Source of the DNA: Octopus sinensis
Lineage: Eukaryota
DNA length: 64,000 bases
Assembly: GCF_006345805.1 (NCBI RefSeq)
Contig: NC_043006.1
Span: 25,420,001-25,484,000, forward strand
Direction of reading: 5' to 3'
Part shown: one piece after another, positions 51,685-63,620 of the stretch
Numbering within the stretch: position 1 is the first letter of the stretch
Layout of the letters: each line of letters starts with the position of its first letter
The notes under the pieces: model-generated
The model's database searches: none
Seen by the model: the letters and a program-made list of their open reading frames with translations, nothing else
Told to the model about the DNA's origin: nothing
Position numbers and translations under genes: made by a program

Positions 51685-52049
51685 AACATGGCTGCAATCC
51701 AGTGAAAAACTAGTAAAAGAAAAATGCCTAGAATAACATTACACATGATACCTATTTTTTTCCCAGTAATCCATGAATTTCAGCTCAGTCAGAGTAATTA
51801 CTGATTTATAGTATATCTTTAGCGAAGAGTAGCTAAGTAGACTGAGCAAGTGACTTTGCTAAAAGCAACAAAATCAATGGCTTTATATGAGCTCTCTTAG
51901 TCATCTGTAATTGTTTTATAATTTTCAAATTACAAGTGATAATTAAATTAAAGCAAAGAAAATTTTATTTTCAATAAATGTAGATAATGAAACAAACTAA
52001 AAATTATTTACAATTTAATATTAGATTTACTTTAAAAAATTTGACTGAC

Positions 52050-52220
52050 CTTTCTCTATATTCCTTGAAACTGTCAACAGTAAAGCAACACCCAATTCTG
52101 CTGTGGCTTTAGTTAAAACATCCGGAGTATTTCCAAGGCGAATATTACGCTTAGCACATTCAGCTACATCAACGTGATCATAACCAACAGATAAGGTTGA
52201 CACTACTTTCAATTGAGGGC
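52050..52220 (-). CDS. GRHPR: GRHPR exon 2
   Basis: tatttcag acceptor, G|gtcagt donor; GPQLKVVSTLSVGYDHVDVAECAKRNIRLGNTPDVLTKATAELGVALLLTVSRNIEK. Confidence 0.95.
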
Positions 52221-52260
52221 CTGAAATAGATGACATTGTTTTCAACAAATAGCTTTAGAT

Positions 52261-52589
52261 CAGTGATTCTTAACCACGAAGGGGGGGGAGGCTCAGTAAT
52301 TTCCAAGGGGAGCATGAGCCCTTAAGAAATTTCTCTAATTACATTTGTTATTTTCTTAATGAGAGCATGGTCAAATAATGAGATGTTTATGAGAAAATGC
52401 AAAAGTATCGCCTTATACTTTTAGTTTTCTTATTCTACTATCTTAGCACCGCTTACCATTTTCTGTACTTATTGACTCCCACTTCATATCCCTCAAAACC
52501 CTCGGTAATTCTGAATTGTAGCTTTAACATTTGCCTTTATTTTGTAATTTTGTTTTTTGTTACAACAAGACTCAGGTTAAGAACCACTG
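52261..52589. mobile_element. Degenerate hAT-type MITE
   Basis: TIRs cagtgattcttaacc / ggttaagaaccactg; the 8-bp flanks do not match, so no TSD support. Confidence 0.55.
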
Positions 52590-52686
52590 GTATAAAGCTT
52601 AGATATTATTATTGTGTAATGACAAACATCTTTTTCAGTTAACAGATTATAAACAAGTTTGATCCACAGTTTCCATATATATGAAA

Positions 52687-53197
52687 CTAGCAGTATCGCC
52701 CGGCGTTGCTCGGGTTTGTAAGGGAAATAACTATATAAGCATTTTTAGAGAGTTACTTCCTTTATAGATGCCAATTCGGGCTTTCTTAGTCATTTCTGTT
52801 TTGGTGTCTTCAAGCCATGAAGTCGTTGTTCTAAAAGAACGCTGGTCTCCTTGACAACGCATTACGATGTTGATTTCCTTAAACTCCCTTCCCCACAGCT
52901 TCACGAGGGAGGGAAGAAGGGGGAGAAGCAAACTCAGGTGCAGGTGTTTGAGCGTGGACGCCAACTCCGCCGCCATCGACACACGAAAAATTATGCATTA
53001 AAATGGAATAAAAAATTATGTTAAATTATTTTTTAAATCGTAGACTCATCGTAGACGCGTGCTAATAGCCAGACGGGCTCGATATGAATAACGACTATAA
53101 GATACCTGAATTTGGTTGAACTGCACCGCAAAATGTGGGAGGAGTTAGGAATCTAAATGTAGGAGACAGACACTCACACAACTAGTTTTATATATAT
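52687..53197 (-). mobile_element. Non-autonomous Helitron-like element
   Basis: Minus strand ends cccgagcaacgccggg hairpin...tactgCTAG|T; begins with TATATATATAAAA and a tgtgagtgtctgtc tract; no TSD. Confidence 0.75.
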
Positions 53198-53847
53198 AAT
53201 GTGATTCTTAAAAAAACAAGAGACATTATCAAATCATTATAGTAACATAACAAGAAATATTAACTTAATTAAAAAAATTGAAAACTATTTTAAAATTTTA
53301 GCAAGATGAAAAGTATGATATATTTAAAATTAGGAAATAAAACAAAAAGTATGTAACAGGTTCTACTATCACTCGAGTTAATGAAGTCTCAAAAAAATTA
53401 AAACAGATTGAAAAAATAAAAAATTCTAACAATAAAACCAAAATTTTTAATATTAAATGTTTATGCTAAAAATATAGTAAATTTGTTTGTAAGACAAAAT
53501 TATGATATAAAGCCAAATGTTAAACTAAAACTTAAATTTAAATATTACAGAAAGTACTAAAATATTACAGAAAGTACTAAAATATTACAGTAAGTAAACT
53601 AAAAGCTATGCAAAATCTTTTTTAAAGAAACTTTTTTTATATTTTCGTACAAATAAATACAATATTTTATTGTACAAATTTTTCATATAATTTTTCTTTT
53701 AATTTAACTTTTTTTTATTCCAAATATTTTTGTTTTAATTTTTTTTCAGAACTTAGGCTAAAGTTCTAACTTTGACATTACTTATACATGCTTCATCTTT
53801 TGTTCACATATTTGTGTTGTCCACTGCACATCAAATAATTCACAAGG

Positions 53848-54180
53848 AGTGCAAAGAAACGGAGGTATCTTGACGAATATATTTGATTTGGATTCATTTC
53901 CCTCCGATAGGCTGACACAGAAGTCCCCCAGTGTGTGATATGTTACAAAACTTTGAGCAATGATGGAATGCGACCCTCACGTTTGGAATGCCACATGAGG
54001 ACAACACATTCTGCTCTTGCAGACAAGCCCAAGGCATTCTTTGAAACAAAAAGACATTCCTTGAAGCAAGCCAAGTTGGACAGTAGTGGGGCATTTCAAT
54101 AACAAACTTCACTGGTTGTTGAGGCTTCCTATGAGGTCACCATGTTGATTGCAAAGAGCAAGAAGATCTATAACATCTTA
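53848..54180 (+). pseudogene. hAT/Buster transposase N-terminal (BED finger) fragment
   Basis: AKKRRYLDEYI*FGF...PQCVICYKTLSNDGMRPSRLECHMRTTH...EASYEVTMLIAKSKK. Confidence 0.8.
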
Positions 54181-54199
54181 GATAAAAGAATCTATCTAT

Positions 54200-55080
54200 T
54201 ACCTTTCAGAAGCCCCCAGGGCATTAGAAAAAAATCAATTTCTTGTGTGAGCTTGGACTTCATGGTACCTGTGCATCTTCCAAAAGCAAAAACTACTTTT
54301 TCCATTAACCTTCCTGCAATTCCAGTGCACCATTTATGTCCATAGCTTGCACTGGATAGAATTACTGCCTACATTTTTACTACATATCAAGTGGTAGTAT
54401 CTGTCAGTTTTCTTGCTTACTAGAACCTTGGTCTTCAATATATCAACTTTAAAACACTTTCATTGCAGGTTTTGCTTCCATACCTGCAATTTCTTTTCTA
54501 GTTGTTACAGATTCTACGAGAGTGAGACCATCAGCATATAGTGGCTCCCAGGGGCAACCAATTTTAAATGACCTGGAAGAGGAGGATGAATAAGGAGACA
54601 GAGAACCAAGCCCTGGTAAACACCTACCTCCACATTAGATTTGTCACTATATTCATAGCTAATTCTCACCTTACTGACAGCACCCCTGTACATGGCTTGT
54701 ACAGCTTTCACAAACCATTTATCCGTAGCTTCCTCAGAGACTACCATATCACAGAGTAATGAACTTTGTCAAAGGCTTTCTTCAGATTAACGAATGCCAA
54801 GTATAATGGTTTACTTTTAGTAAAATACTCTTGCAGTTGTCTGACTAAGTTGCATCTCATCTACTCTAATTCTGGGCTATAACTTTCTCTGTAATTTCAT
54901 GACCTAGTCCAGTAATTTGATATCTCTATAATTACCCTAGTAACAGCTGACTATAAAACTGCTGAGCCAGTCATTGGAGATGACACCTTCCTGAATAACC
55001 TGATTAATTATACAGGTGACTAGATTGTATCCTACTCTATCAGATATTTTAAGCATCTCAGTGGCAATTCCCACTGGACC
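54200..55080 (-). mobile_element. Decayed RTE-clade LINE RT fragment
   Basis: LYLAFVNLKKAFD, DKWFVKAVQAMYRGAVSKVRI, VGVYQG, LYAD-like remnants. Confidence 0.7.
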
Positions 55081-55592
55081 AATTCTCACTTTTAAGTTTA
55101 TCTCGAACAATTTTCTATAGAATTCAGGGCTAGCACACAGGCATTTACTAACATAACCAAGTGCACCAATGGTTATTGGTATGGATGTAATTTATAGTCA
55201 GGGTACCAGAGTTGCAGGTTTCAAAACAGTTGCTTAGGTATTTTCCTTGCCGCTTTTGGATGAAATACTCACCTATGGCACTTTTGTGCCCCAAATAAAT
55301 ATATCAGGCCTGTTATGTTTGCACTTGGTAGAAGTTTTGATGAGAATGTTCTACCAATATTTGTGCTGATATGCACGTACCCTTTATTGCAGGGATGTTG
55401 TTTATATTTATTCAGGACAGTCTTTTCTGTTGATATATTGAAGGTTTTTAAGTGCTTCACTGTATCATTTGTCCATGAAACATTTCATATTTCCTACTCT
55501 TGAATTCCAAAAGAACAGTCTTCAAGATGTGATGCAATGTAGTAGTAATGCGTTCAGGAAAGGAAACAACCATGCATAATCTTTTTATGGTA

Positions 55593-57294
55593 CCATAATC
55601 AGGGGTGAATAGGGACAATTTTGAGGTTCAAATGCATGTCACTAAGTGACTGCAATAGCATTTACTGATTAATTTAGTGGGATTTATGTCCCTACTGGTA
55701 ACCTACCGACGTGCATTGAAACTTTATCAAAATTCATAGGCACACCCATTTTTTTAAATAAAAAAACCACTGTCCCTATTCACCCCGTCGATTTGGGTGA
55801 ATAGGGACAGTTATCTACAACACACTGTTGGAATGTATCTTTCGGTATTGCAGGCATATTGCGTCTTACTGTTTTCTTCCACCTTCCCAGTATCTGCCTC
55901 CAGGCAGTCTTGAGTGACCGAAAAAATGACACGTCCAACGGCTGACTCAGATGTGTCGAATTTGGTGGCAGAAATATGAAGGATATATCGTTCTCCTCAC
56001 AGGCTTTTATCACTTCTAAGGACAAATGTGAACTTAGATTGTTGCCAATCAAAACTTTTTTTCCTGTCAGTTTTTTCAGATAAGGTAAGGCTATGGTTGT
56101 AGACCAGTCACTGAAACTTTGAAGGTCAAACCAGCCTGACTTACTTCTGTTGTATCGGGCACCTTTTGGCCCACCAAGTGTCCAAATGTCGTAGAGGTTA
56201 ACACCCTTGTACATAATGTAAAGAGGGAGAAAAGTACCGTCAGACGTGGTGGCATTCATCAAAGAAGTAGATTTAGAGGTGTTCATAATTCTTTCTGGAT
56301 ATTTTGTACCTCGTTTGGTGAGGACTTTTTCCTGTCCCGGGTCATCCATTAGGTTTGTTTCATCATAGTTCACAATATTTGGTGCAGGTATACCATCTAA
56401 GCTCTCAGCCAATTTGTTGAAATATGAGTTTATTGTAGGTTAAGAGACGGCAGCTCGTGCTCATTTGATATTTTGGCATATTCGTTCTCTTAAACTGTCT
56501 TTATGCCTCATGAGAAATGACTCAGCCCAATCTATGCCAGGTATATTCCCTTTGAATCTTTTCACATCGACATCTTGACGATCCAGGTATCCTTTAACAA
56601 TCAGTCGCAAATCATAGGAGTAGATCAGATAACCCGAAGAGGCGCACAGCACGAGCCTTTGTACAAGAATTTCCTCCTCACCTGAAGATAAAACAGTCTG
56701 TCTACCACGTTACTTGATATTTTTCCCCAACTTGATGTGCCGATGAAGAACACTCTTAGGAATTTTGAAGTTCTCTTCTGCTTTTCTGAGTGTCATTCCA
56801 TTGGTGACAGCTCTTTTAGTGGCCTCTAGCTGCTCAGGATCTATTTTGGCATATTTTTTCTTCCCAGGAACTGGTTTGTACTGTCGTGGCATGGTGTCCC
56901 TATTCACCCCTACAAAACACCAAAATAGGGGTGAAAGCAGAAATAGGCAGTGGTAATGATAACAATGGATTTTCCGGGAAATCATACATGTGCACTGTGT
57001 TTGGAAACCTGCTGCAAGAGACTGAGCGGGTTGGAGCACCCTCGCTGGTACAACCTTTCCTGCAGAAAGAAAGTTCCGACAACTTTACCTTTTCGTGACA
57101 AAAACGAAACTGGGAATTCCGGTTGCCATGGCCACCAGCAGGGTGATAATATCAAAGAGATCTCGTTGAACGAAAGGCATATATATGTACCTACAAAATA
57201 ACTAGAAAGAAACGAGCACAATTTGAGTCATCTCAACTTTATTGTTCGAAAACAGTTTTTCCCAGTTATTGTCCCTATTCACCCCGGATTATGG
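55593..57294 (-). mobile_element. pogo-superfamily (Fot1-like) DNA transposon
   Basis: 27-bp TIRs ccataatcaggggtgaatagggacaat / attgtccctattcaccccggattatgg (1 mismatch); TA on both sides. Confidence 0.92.
55780..56892 (-). pseudogene. pogo/Fot1-like transposase pseudogene (psq-HTH, CENP-B HTH, DDE_1)
   Basis: MPRQYK...LRKAEENFKIPKSVL, PGIDWAESFLMRH, NYDET, SGWFD, LIGNNLSSH (second Asp appears replaced), FLPPNSTHLSQPLDV; stops and frameshifts; C-terminus appears truncated. Confidence 0.88.
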
Positions 57295-57744
57295 TATGTA
57301 AAATGTTTCTCTTTCAGGTCTCTGCAGAGATAAGCAAGCCCTGCACTTATGAGTTTGTATAGATCATCAGAAAATGAGTGTTTCTTGATGCATTCACTTC
57401 ATTTTTCAGCATTTGATTGATTTATTCATTTTTGCTGCTCTTGTTTAGAAGACACTCTCCAAGTAATATCATGCAGCACTCAAAGGCTGCCTGCGCAGAT
57501 CTTAAGCCCTTCCTCTTTTCTTCCGAAATAAAATCTGTCACTGTTACTGTTTTTGTGGAAATTTTCAGTCAATGTCATTGCAGGTTCTTATGTCCATGGA
57601 GCAGATTTCTTCTATAGAATAGTCATGTGTCCCAAATATCAATATCAGTAGTAGCGCAAATGCATTGCATCTTATAAGACTGCTTAAGTCTGGTGTAATA
57701 TTCTTTGGTTTCTCTATTCTTGTTTACAGTACCTTTATATGATA

Positions 57745-57928
57745 CATCATCATCATCCTCATTTAACGTCCGCTTTCCATGCTAGCATGGGTTGGACAGT
57801 TCAACCGGGGTCTGGGAAGCTAGAAGGCTGCACCAGGCCCAGTCTGATTTGGCAGTGTTTCTACAGCTGGATGCCCTTCTTAACGCCAACCACTCCGTGA
57901 GTGTAGTGGGTGCTTTTTAAATGCCACA
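57745..57928 (-). mobile_element. Repeat family A copy
   Basis: (CAT)n tail and family core. Confidence 0.85.
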
Positions 57929-59316
57929 CCTTGGTATTTGTAGTAAGAGCTTTGTGGAACAGGAGAGAGAGAGATAGACTGTTGATGCACAGCTTTATGA
58001 TTTGGGGAACAATTTTTCCAGGTGAAAATTTCTTCTGTTTTCCATTCTCGTAACAGAAGAAAATGTTCTAATTAGATCCTGTTGTTTTTTTTTTGGCATT
58101 AAATGTATTTGGGGAATATATCTTTAGACTGTCTACAAAGTAATTATGGGATATATTCATATACCTTCTTGCAAACCCTAGAACATACTCAGTGGATTTC
58201 TATGGAAATATTAATAACATCAGAGGCAATTGTTTTACTTTCAGTGTGAGGATTGTGAACAAGGTCTTCATGCACCTTTCAATGGAAACAACTAAGGTAG
58301 CAAATACCATTACCAGCTGAAGTCACTTCAGTAGCTGTAAGTGAGAAACAGAACTAAATGCTTTTCTGTAATCAAGCCATGAGTAAGTCTTTACTGCTAT
58401 TCCAGATTTTCACCCAGAATGACTTTATTTTTCCCCTCATTTCTTTGTATACAGCTTGTAGGGTTAAAAGTGAACTTTTGGTTTATCATGGCTCTTTTTC
58501 TTTTTGTTAGGAGCAGAGTTTTGACACTTGAAGTCATGAGTTCATATTTCAGAGCTATTAATTTTCCTTCAAGATTTGTAGCAGATTCTCCATACATTTT
58601 CGTTAGTTTTCTCAGGAAGTATTGTTGGTGTGTAGTGAACTTAACAGCTAGTGAACTTTACACTTTATACTAGCATTTAATTGCCCTCCCTATTCTGAGG
58701 TGTAAATCCTTTATGCTCTCTTCTAGTGTCATTATCTGCTTGGGTTGCTTTTGATGTATTATCTCATTGCCACATGTTGTACAAATATCTCCCAGATATT
58801 TATCCAGAGTAGCAGCAGCAGTACACAGACAAGTATGGATATTCCAATACGAGTTTTCACATTCTTTCATACATTCTCCAATGATATCATCGATAACTTT
58901 TATCATGAGAAGGGATGGTTTTCCTTCCATTTTTGTCAATGAAGTCTGTTGCTTAGAAATAGCTAACAGAAGACAGTGAAATTGGTTTGAAATTTTACTT
59001 GTAAACTGTTTTGTTTCTGTTTTTTTTTTTTACCTACCAGGTACAAGGTGTTAGTGGGATGTGCTAGAAACAACAGATAAATCTCCCTTAAATCACACAC
59101 CTTTACATCTGAAAATATTTTCAATTTTTTTTCTTTTTTTACCGAAAAGGCTTCTCTCATGATTTTTAAGTGCATAAGATGGCAAAGAAAATTGGCCAAA
59201 ACCAGTCTGGAGCAGGTAGTGAGGAGTGTAAAAAAAATTATAGATATTCAAAAAAAAATGTTTTTAATAGAAAGCTGTTACCACCACCTCCTTGTATAGT
59301 GATAGAAAATTGGAAG

Positions 59317-60322
59317 CATTCTTTCATTTGAAGCAGCATAGTTGTCAAACTCAGTTATATGGTCAATCATATGGGATCATGATTGTTTGTTAATTTCCAT
59401 AAAAGATTTCTATTTCTTTACTCCTCTTTGGAAGGTGACATTTGCTTTGAAGTGAGAGCAGAAATTGAAAGAGAGGAGAAAGTGAAAGATGTATGTATGT
59501 GTATATGGAATGGTGTGTGTGAGACAGTGAGTGAGAGAGTGAAGGTGTATGTTGTCATGTATATTTTGGCATATATTGTGTAAATGGCGCTTTCTTTCTC
59601 CCTCACACACACATTATCTTACATAAATACATATGCATACATCTTTTTTTTATGTATGCCTGCGTGTGTGTGTGTGAGAGAGAGAGTGCCACTTGCACAT
59701 ACATGCAAAAATACAAGACACCTTCACTCACTCACTATCTCTCCCTCATACACACATATAGATGCACGCACAAACACACACATCCATTTCATATACTTAC
59801 ATACACCTTTCACTTTCTGCTCTCATTTCAAAGCAAATGTCGCCTTCCAAATAGGAGTAAAAAAATAAAAAAATTTTACTAGGAGTGTGGTAAGTAGCTT
59901 GCTTACCAACCACATGATTCCGGGTTCAGTCCCACTGTGTGGCATCTTGGGCAAGTGTCTTCTACTATAGCCTCGGGCTGACCAAAGACTTGTGAGTGGA
60001 TTTGGTAGACGGAAACTGAAAGAAGCCCATCGTATATATGTGTGTATATGTTTTGTGTGTCTGTGTTTGTCCCCCCAACATCGCTTGACAACCGATGCTG
60101 GTGTGTTTACGTCCCCGTAACCTAGAGGTTCGGCAAAAGTGACCGATAGAATAAGTACTAGGCTTACAAAGAATAAGTCCTGGGGTCGATTTGCTCGACT
60201 AAAAGCGGTGCTCCAGCATGGCCACAGTCAAATGACTGAAACAAGTAAAGGAGTAAAATTAACGAACAATCATATCCCATATGGTCGAGTTTGACAACTA
60301 TTCTGCTTCAAACGAAAGAATG
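59317..60322. mobile_element. Foldback MITE interrupted by a family B SINE
   Basis: cattctttcatttgaagcagcatagttgtcaaactc / gagtttgacaactattctgcttcaaacgaaagaatg; inner inverted pair ~59410-59490 / 59805-59870. Confidence 0.75.
59881..60255 (+). mobile_element. tRNA-derived SINE family B
   Basis: Homologous to the other copies. Confidence 0.85.
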
Positions 60323-60597
60323 TGAATTTGGAAAAATCTCCGTCAAAACAGAGAAAATCCAACTTATATGGGCGTCCTAATCCGAAATTCTGCTGTGCTT
60401 TCTTTGTAAAAAGAGAAAAAGAACTATTTTACGGGTCTCGGTTTCTTTGGGTCGGCATAGTTCAAAAACATTTAAATGACTTTCTGCGCCTGCACATCTC
60501 ACTGGTGGTGGCTGGACGGAGAATGGATGCCAGCATATCCGTGTTTGAGAGAAAGAGAGAAGGGAGGAAAGAGACAACACCACAGGTTGTAAATTAA

Positions 60598-61198
60598 GGT
60601 CAAACCCCAGTGTTTGACCCGAGCAAAAGAAAAAAAAACGATGCAATAGGTGTAAAACAACATGTAGTAAACGTATATGAAAAACAATTTGCCCTGGCGA
60701 ACGGGGGAGAGGACTCGGAAACTTCACATCTGGAATGTTCCTAGTCATCTCACCACTTCCGTGTTCGTCGTCGGCGAAATTCTTTTCTTCATATTCGTTT
60801 CACTACACATTATTTTACACCTAGTACACTATTTAAAAAAAATTTTTGTGGGGTGCAAACTCGGATAATTCACACGATCCAGTAACCCCACTTCGACAAC
60901 CGATCACAAAAATGAAAAAAAAAAAAAATACTGTAACAGGTGTAAAGAAGATGAAAAAAAAATACGTGCCGGTGTACTAGGTGTAAAATAATCTGTAGTA
61001 AACGAATATAAAGAAGAAAAAAAATTCGCCGACGAACGGGGAAGTGGTGGAAAGACACGAAACATTCCCGATGTGAATTTTCCAAGTCCTCTCCCCCGCC
61101 CGCATTTTTATCGTATTTGTTTACTATATGTTGTTTTACACCTGTAGCACTTTTTTTTTTTTTTTTTTTTAGCTTGGGTCAAATACTGGAGTTTGACC
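60598..61198. mobile_element. Foldback MITE with ~230-bp arms, TTAA-flanked (Kolobok-like?)
   Basis: ttaa|ggtcaaaccccagtgtttgacccgagc ... gcttgggtcaaatactggagtttgacc|ttaa; symmetry continues to ~60830/60972 inside and weakly ~20 bp outside. Confidence 0.7.
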
Positions 61199-61608
61199 TT
61201 AAAAAAAATACAAACCGGTGTTGATTCATAAGATTTAATTCGACGATTCGAAGCTCTATAAAATAAAAGTGATCCTTTACTCTGAAGATATATTAAGTGA
61301 AAGATAAGTACCAGACTGAAATTGATACAGGCTGATTAAAATTGCGCAGTGACTGAGATCAGTAAAAATATCAACCATAAATAAGGTTATATAATGCTTT
61401 GCAAAAAGTATAAACTCTGCAAAGTCTTTCCCTTTTCTCCTACAAACTATCTCCAAACATAATTCCGCCTAGTTGTCAGGTTTTTTTGTGGGAGATATCA
61501 TACTCATTCATTGTTGTAGTTATGTACTATCTTTAACATATGTCTTTGTTACTCTTTCCAAAATATGAAATAATTAAACTACAAGGCCGAATTACACATT
61601 GATATTTG

Positions 61609-61706
61609 GGCGAACGTAAAGAATACGTACACCCGGTGTTTAGGGGTGGAAGCTTCAGCTTTAGTTATGCCGAAAACGGGTGGTGTACGTATTCTTTACC
61701 TCCGCC
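61609..61706. mobile_element. 98-bp MITE with GG...CC termini and 8-bp TSD (Merlin-like)
   Basis: TIR ggcgaacgtaaagaatacgtacacc / ggtgtacgtattctttacctccgcc; perfect TSD gatatttg at 61601-61608 and 61707-61714. Confidence 0.88.
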
Positions 61707-61812
61707 GATATTTGCCATAAATGTTTGTTAGCTTTGTTGAACAGACTGTATGAGGTTGTATTGTTGTTACTATAAAGCAAATATCAAATTTTTTAAAATT
61801 GTAAATAAAATA

Positions 61813-62282
61813 GGATCTTTTCGGTTAGAACGGCAGTTTTTAACATAATTTCTAGGTAACTAAAAAAATTTTAAACTTCGTATACTGGTAGAATGTGTTT
61901 ATAAAACATCTTTTTCTCTTGGCTTTATTGAGAAAATTCTATAGTTTGTAAGATATTTGTTGTTTTATTTCTTCAATTTCTGCAATTTCAACCAATCAAT
62001 GACGTCTACTGAAGTAAAAAAAAACATTCTGTGCCGTATGAATATGTCCCTCGTTTAAGAAACAGATTGGGTGGCAATCTGGTGGCAATCTTTCGTCTCT
62101 AGTAGAAAGATTGCCGATTGGGTTTATTTACATTTGTGAAGAAAAAGATACCCTTCCCCCACCCCTAACCCTAACCCTAAAACAGATTGAAATGCAATAG
62201 ATCGATACTAGGGTCATAATTATGGGTGACAATTTCATATGACACCGCTAGAAAAAAACTGCCGTTCAAACCGAAAAGATCC
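61813..62282. mobile_element. Merlin-like MITE, same family as 7615-8110, opposite orientation
   Basis: TIR ggatcttttcggtt(a/t)gaacggcagttttt; perfect TSD ataaaata at 61805-61812 and 62283-62290. Confidence 0.9.
62073..62115. mobile_element. 43-bp nested micro-element with 8-bp TSD
   Basis: ggcaatct...agattgcc flanked by gattgggt at 62065-62072 and 62116-62123; the paralogous MITE at 7615-8110 shows the empty site. Confidence 0.85.
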
Positions 62283-62364
62283 ATAAAATAACCTCCTTTT
62301 GATAGATAGCGTTTTAATTTCCACTTGACTTATGAATAAGAAAATAATTAAACAAGTACTTTAC

Positions 62365-62695
62365 CAGCAGCCTGGAGAAGTTCTTTGTCGATCTTTTGAC
62401 ATAAGCTACAATACAAAGCATCGGCACCAACAACGTCTTTAAGAAACTGTTCTCGAGGAACACTATCTTCCTGTGGCCACTGCGATATCACGCAGCCGGC
62501 CTCTTTCAATAGAGTAACGCCACTCTGGGGCACAAGACTGGTGATGTACACTTTGCTACCTTTAGCTGACATTGCAATCGTGCTACTGTATAGTCGCTGA
62601 GGACAGTCGCGAATACGGTTTGCTGATTGTGACAGTCTCACTGATCGCAGCGCAATGACAGTCTGTTGAAAGAACAACTGATAACGGCGGAGCAT
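62365..62695 (-). CDS. GRHPR: GRHPR exon 1 with N-terminal presequence-like extension
   Basis: ATG at 62695, second in-frame ATG at 62572 (MSAKGSKVYIT), G|gtaaag donor; the three exons total 1098 nt = 365 aa plus stop. Confidence 0.92.
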
Positions 62696-62831
62696 TGTTT
62701 AACCTTCGTAAATTGTTCATCAGTTGCTCTGTTTGACGTGTTTGCTACGACAGGATATTACGAAAATACATTGAGAGTAAATTGAATTGAAGGAAATTTT
62801 CGGTTAATGTTTATTTTTAACTCCCGGTCAC

Positions 62832-62863
<32 letters not shown>

Positions 62864-62864
<1 letters not shown>

Positions 62865-63620
62865 GGCGATCTATAAATATTGAATCGGTGATTTCCGTGA
62901 CCACATGTTGTCTTGTAAATTGTCAGCTGGGAAGAAAAAGCTAATGGGTTGTGCGTGCGTGCTTGTTCCTCTGTGTGTGTGTGTGTGTGTGTGCGTGCTT
63001 GTTCTTGTTTGTACGTGGGTGTGTATGTGTGTGCGTGCGTGCTTGTTCCTCTGTGCGTGTGTGTGTTTGGCGGCCAGCTGGCAGAAACGTTAGCACGCCG
63101 GGCGAAATGCGTAGCCGTATTTCGTCTGTCGTTACGTTCCGAGTTCAAATTCCGCCGAGGTCGACTTTGCCTTTCATCCTTTCGGTGTCGATAAATTAAG
63201 TACCAGCTACACACTGGGTCGATGTAATCGACTTGATCCCTTTGTCTGTCCTTGTTTGTCCCCTCTGTGTTTAGCCCCTTGTGGTTAGTAAATAAATATA
63301 TTCTTGTTTGTGTGTGTGCGTGCTTGTTCTTCTGTGTATGTGTGTCTATTCTGTTTTTTTGTTTGTTTTTTTTGTATTTATATGTTGTGGAATGTAGAAA
63401 TAACACACATATGTTGTGGAATGTAGAAATAACAAACATGCACACACACACAAACAAGAAAAAGCGCGCGCGCACACACACACACACGCAGAGGAACAAG
63501 CACGCACGCACAACCCATTGGCTTCCTCTTCCCAACTGACAATTTACAAGACCACATGTGGTCACGGAAATGATCGATTCAATGTTTACATTATTTCGAG
63601 TTGAAACGAAAGATCGCCAA
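62864..63620. mobile_element. Foldback MITE with >100-bp arms just upstream of GRHPR
   Basis: tgaatcggtgatttccgtgaccacatg..tcttgtaaattgtcag.tgggaaga...gcttgttcctctg and its reverse complement at ~63480-63582; exact termini and TSD unresolved. Confidence 0.75.
63069..63296 (+). mobile_element. SINE family C nested in the foldback element
   Basis: ggcggccagctggcagaaacgttagcacgccgggcgaaatg...gagttcaaattccgcc; CpGs retained, suggesting a young copy. Confidence 0.85.

Noticed and set aside
57950-58980. Possible decayed LINE coding remnants (ORFs 58397-58597, 58670-58939)
   Set aside because: It looks like eroded coding sequence, but I could not identify diagnostic motifs, so it is left uncalled.
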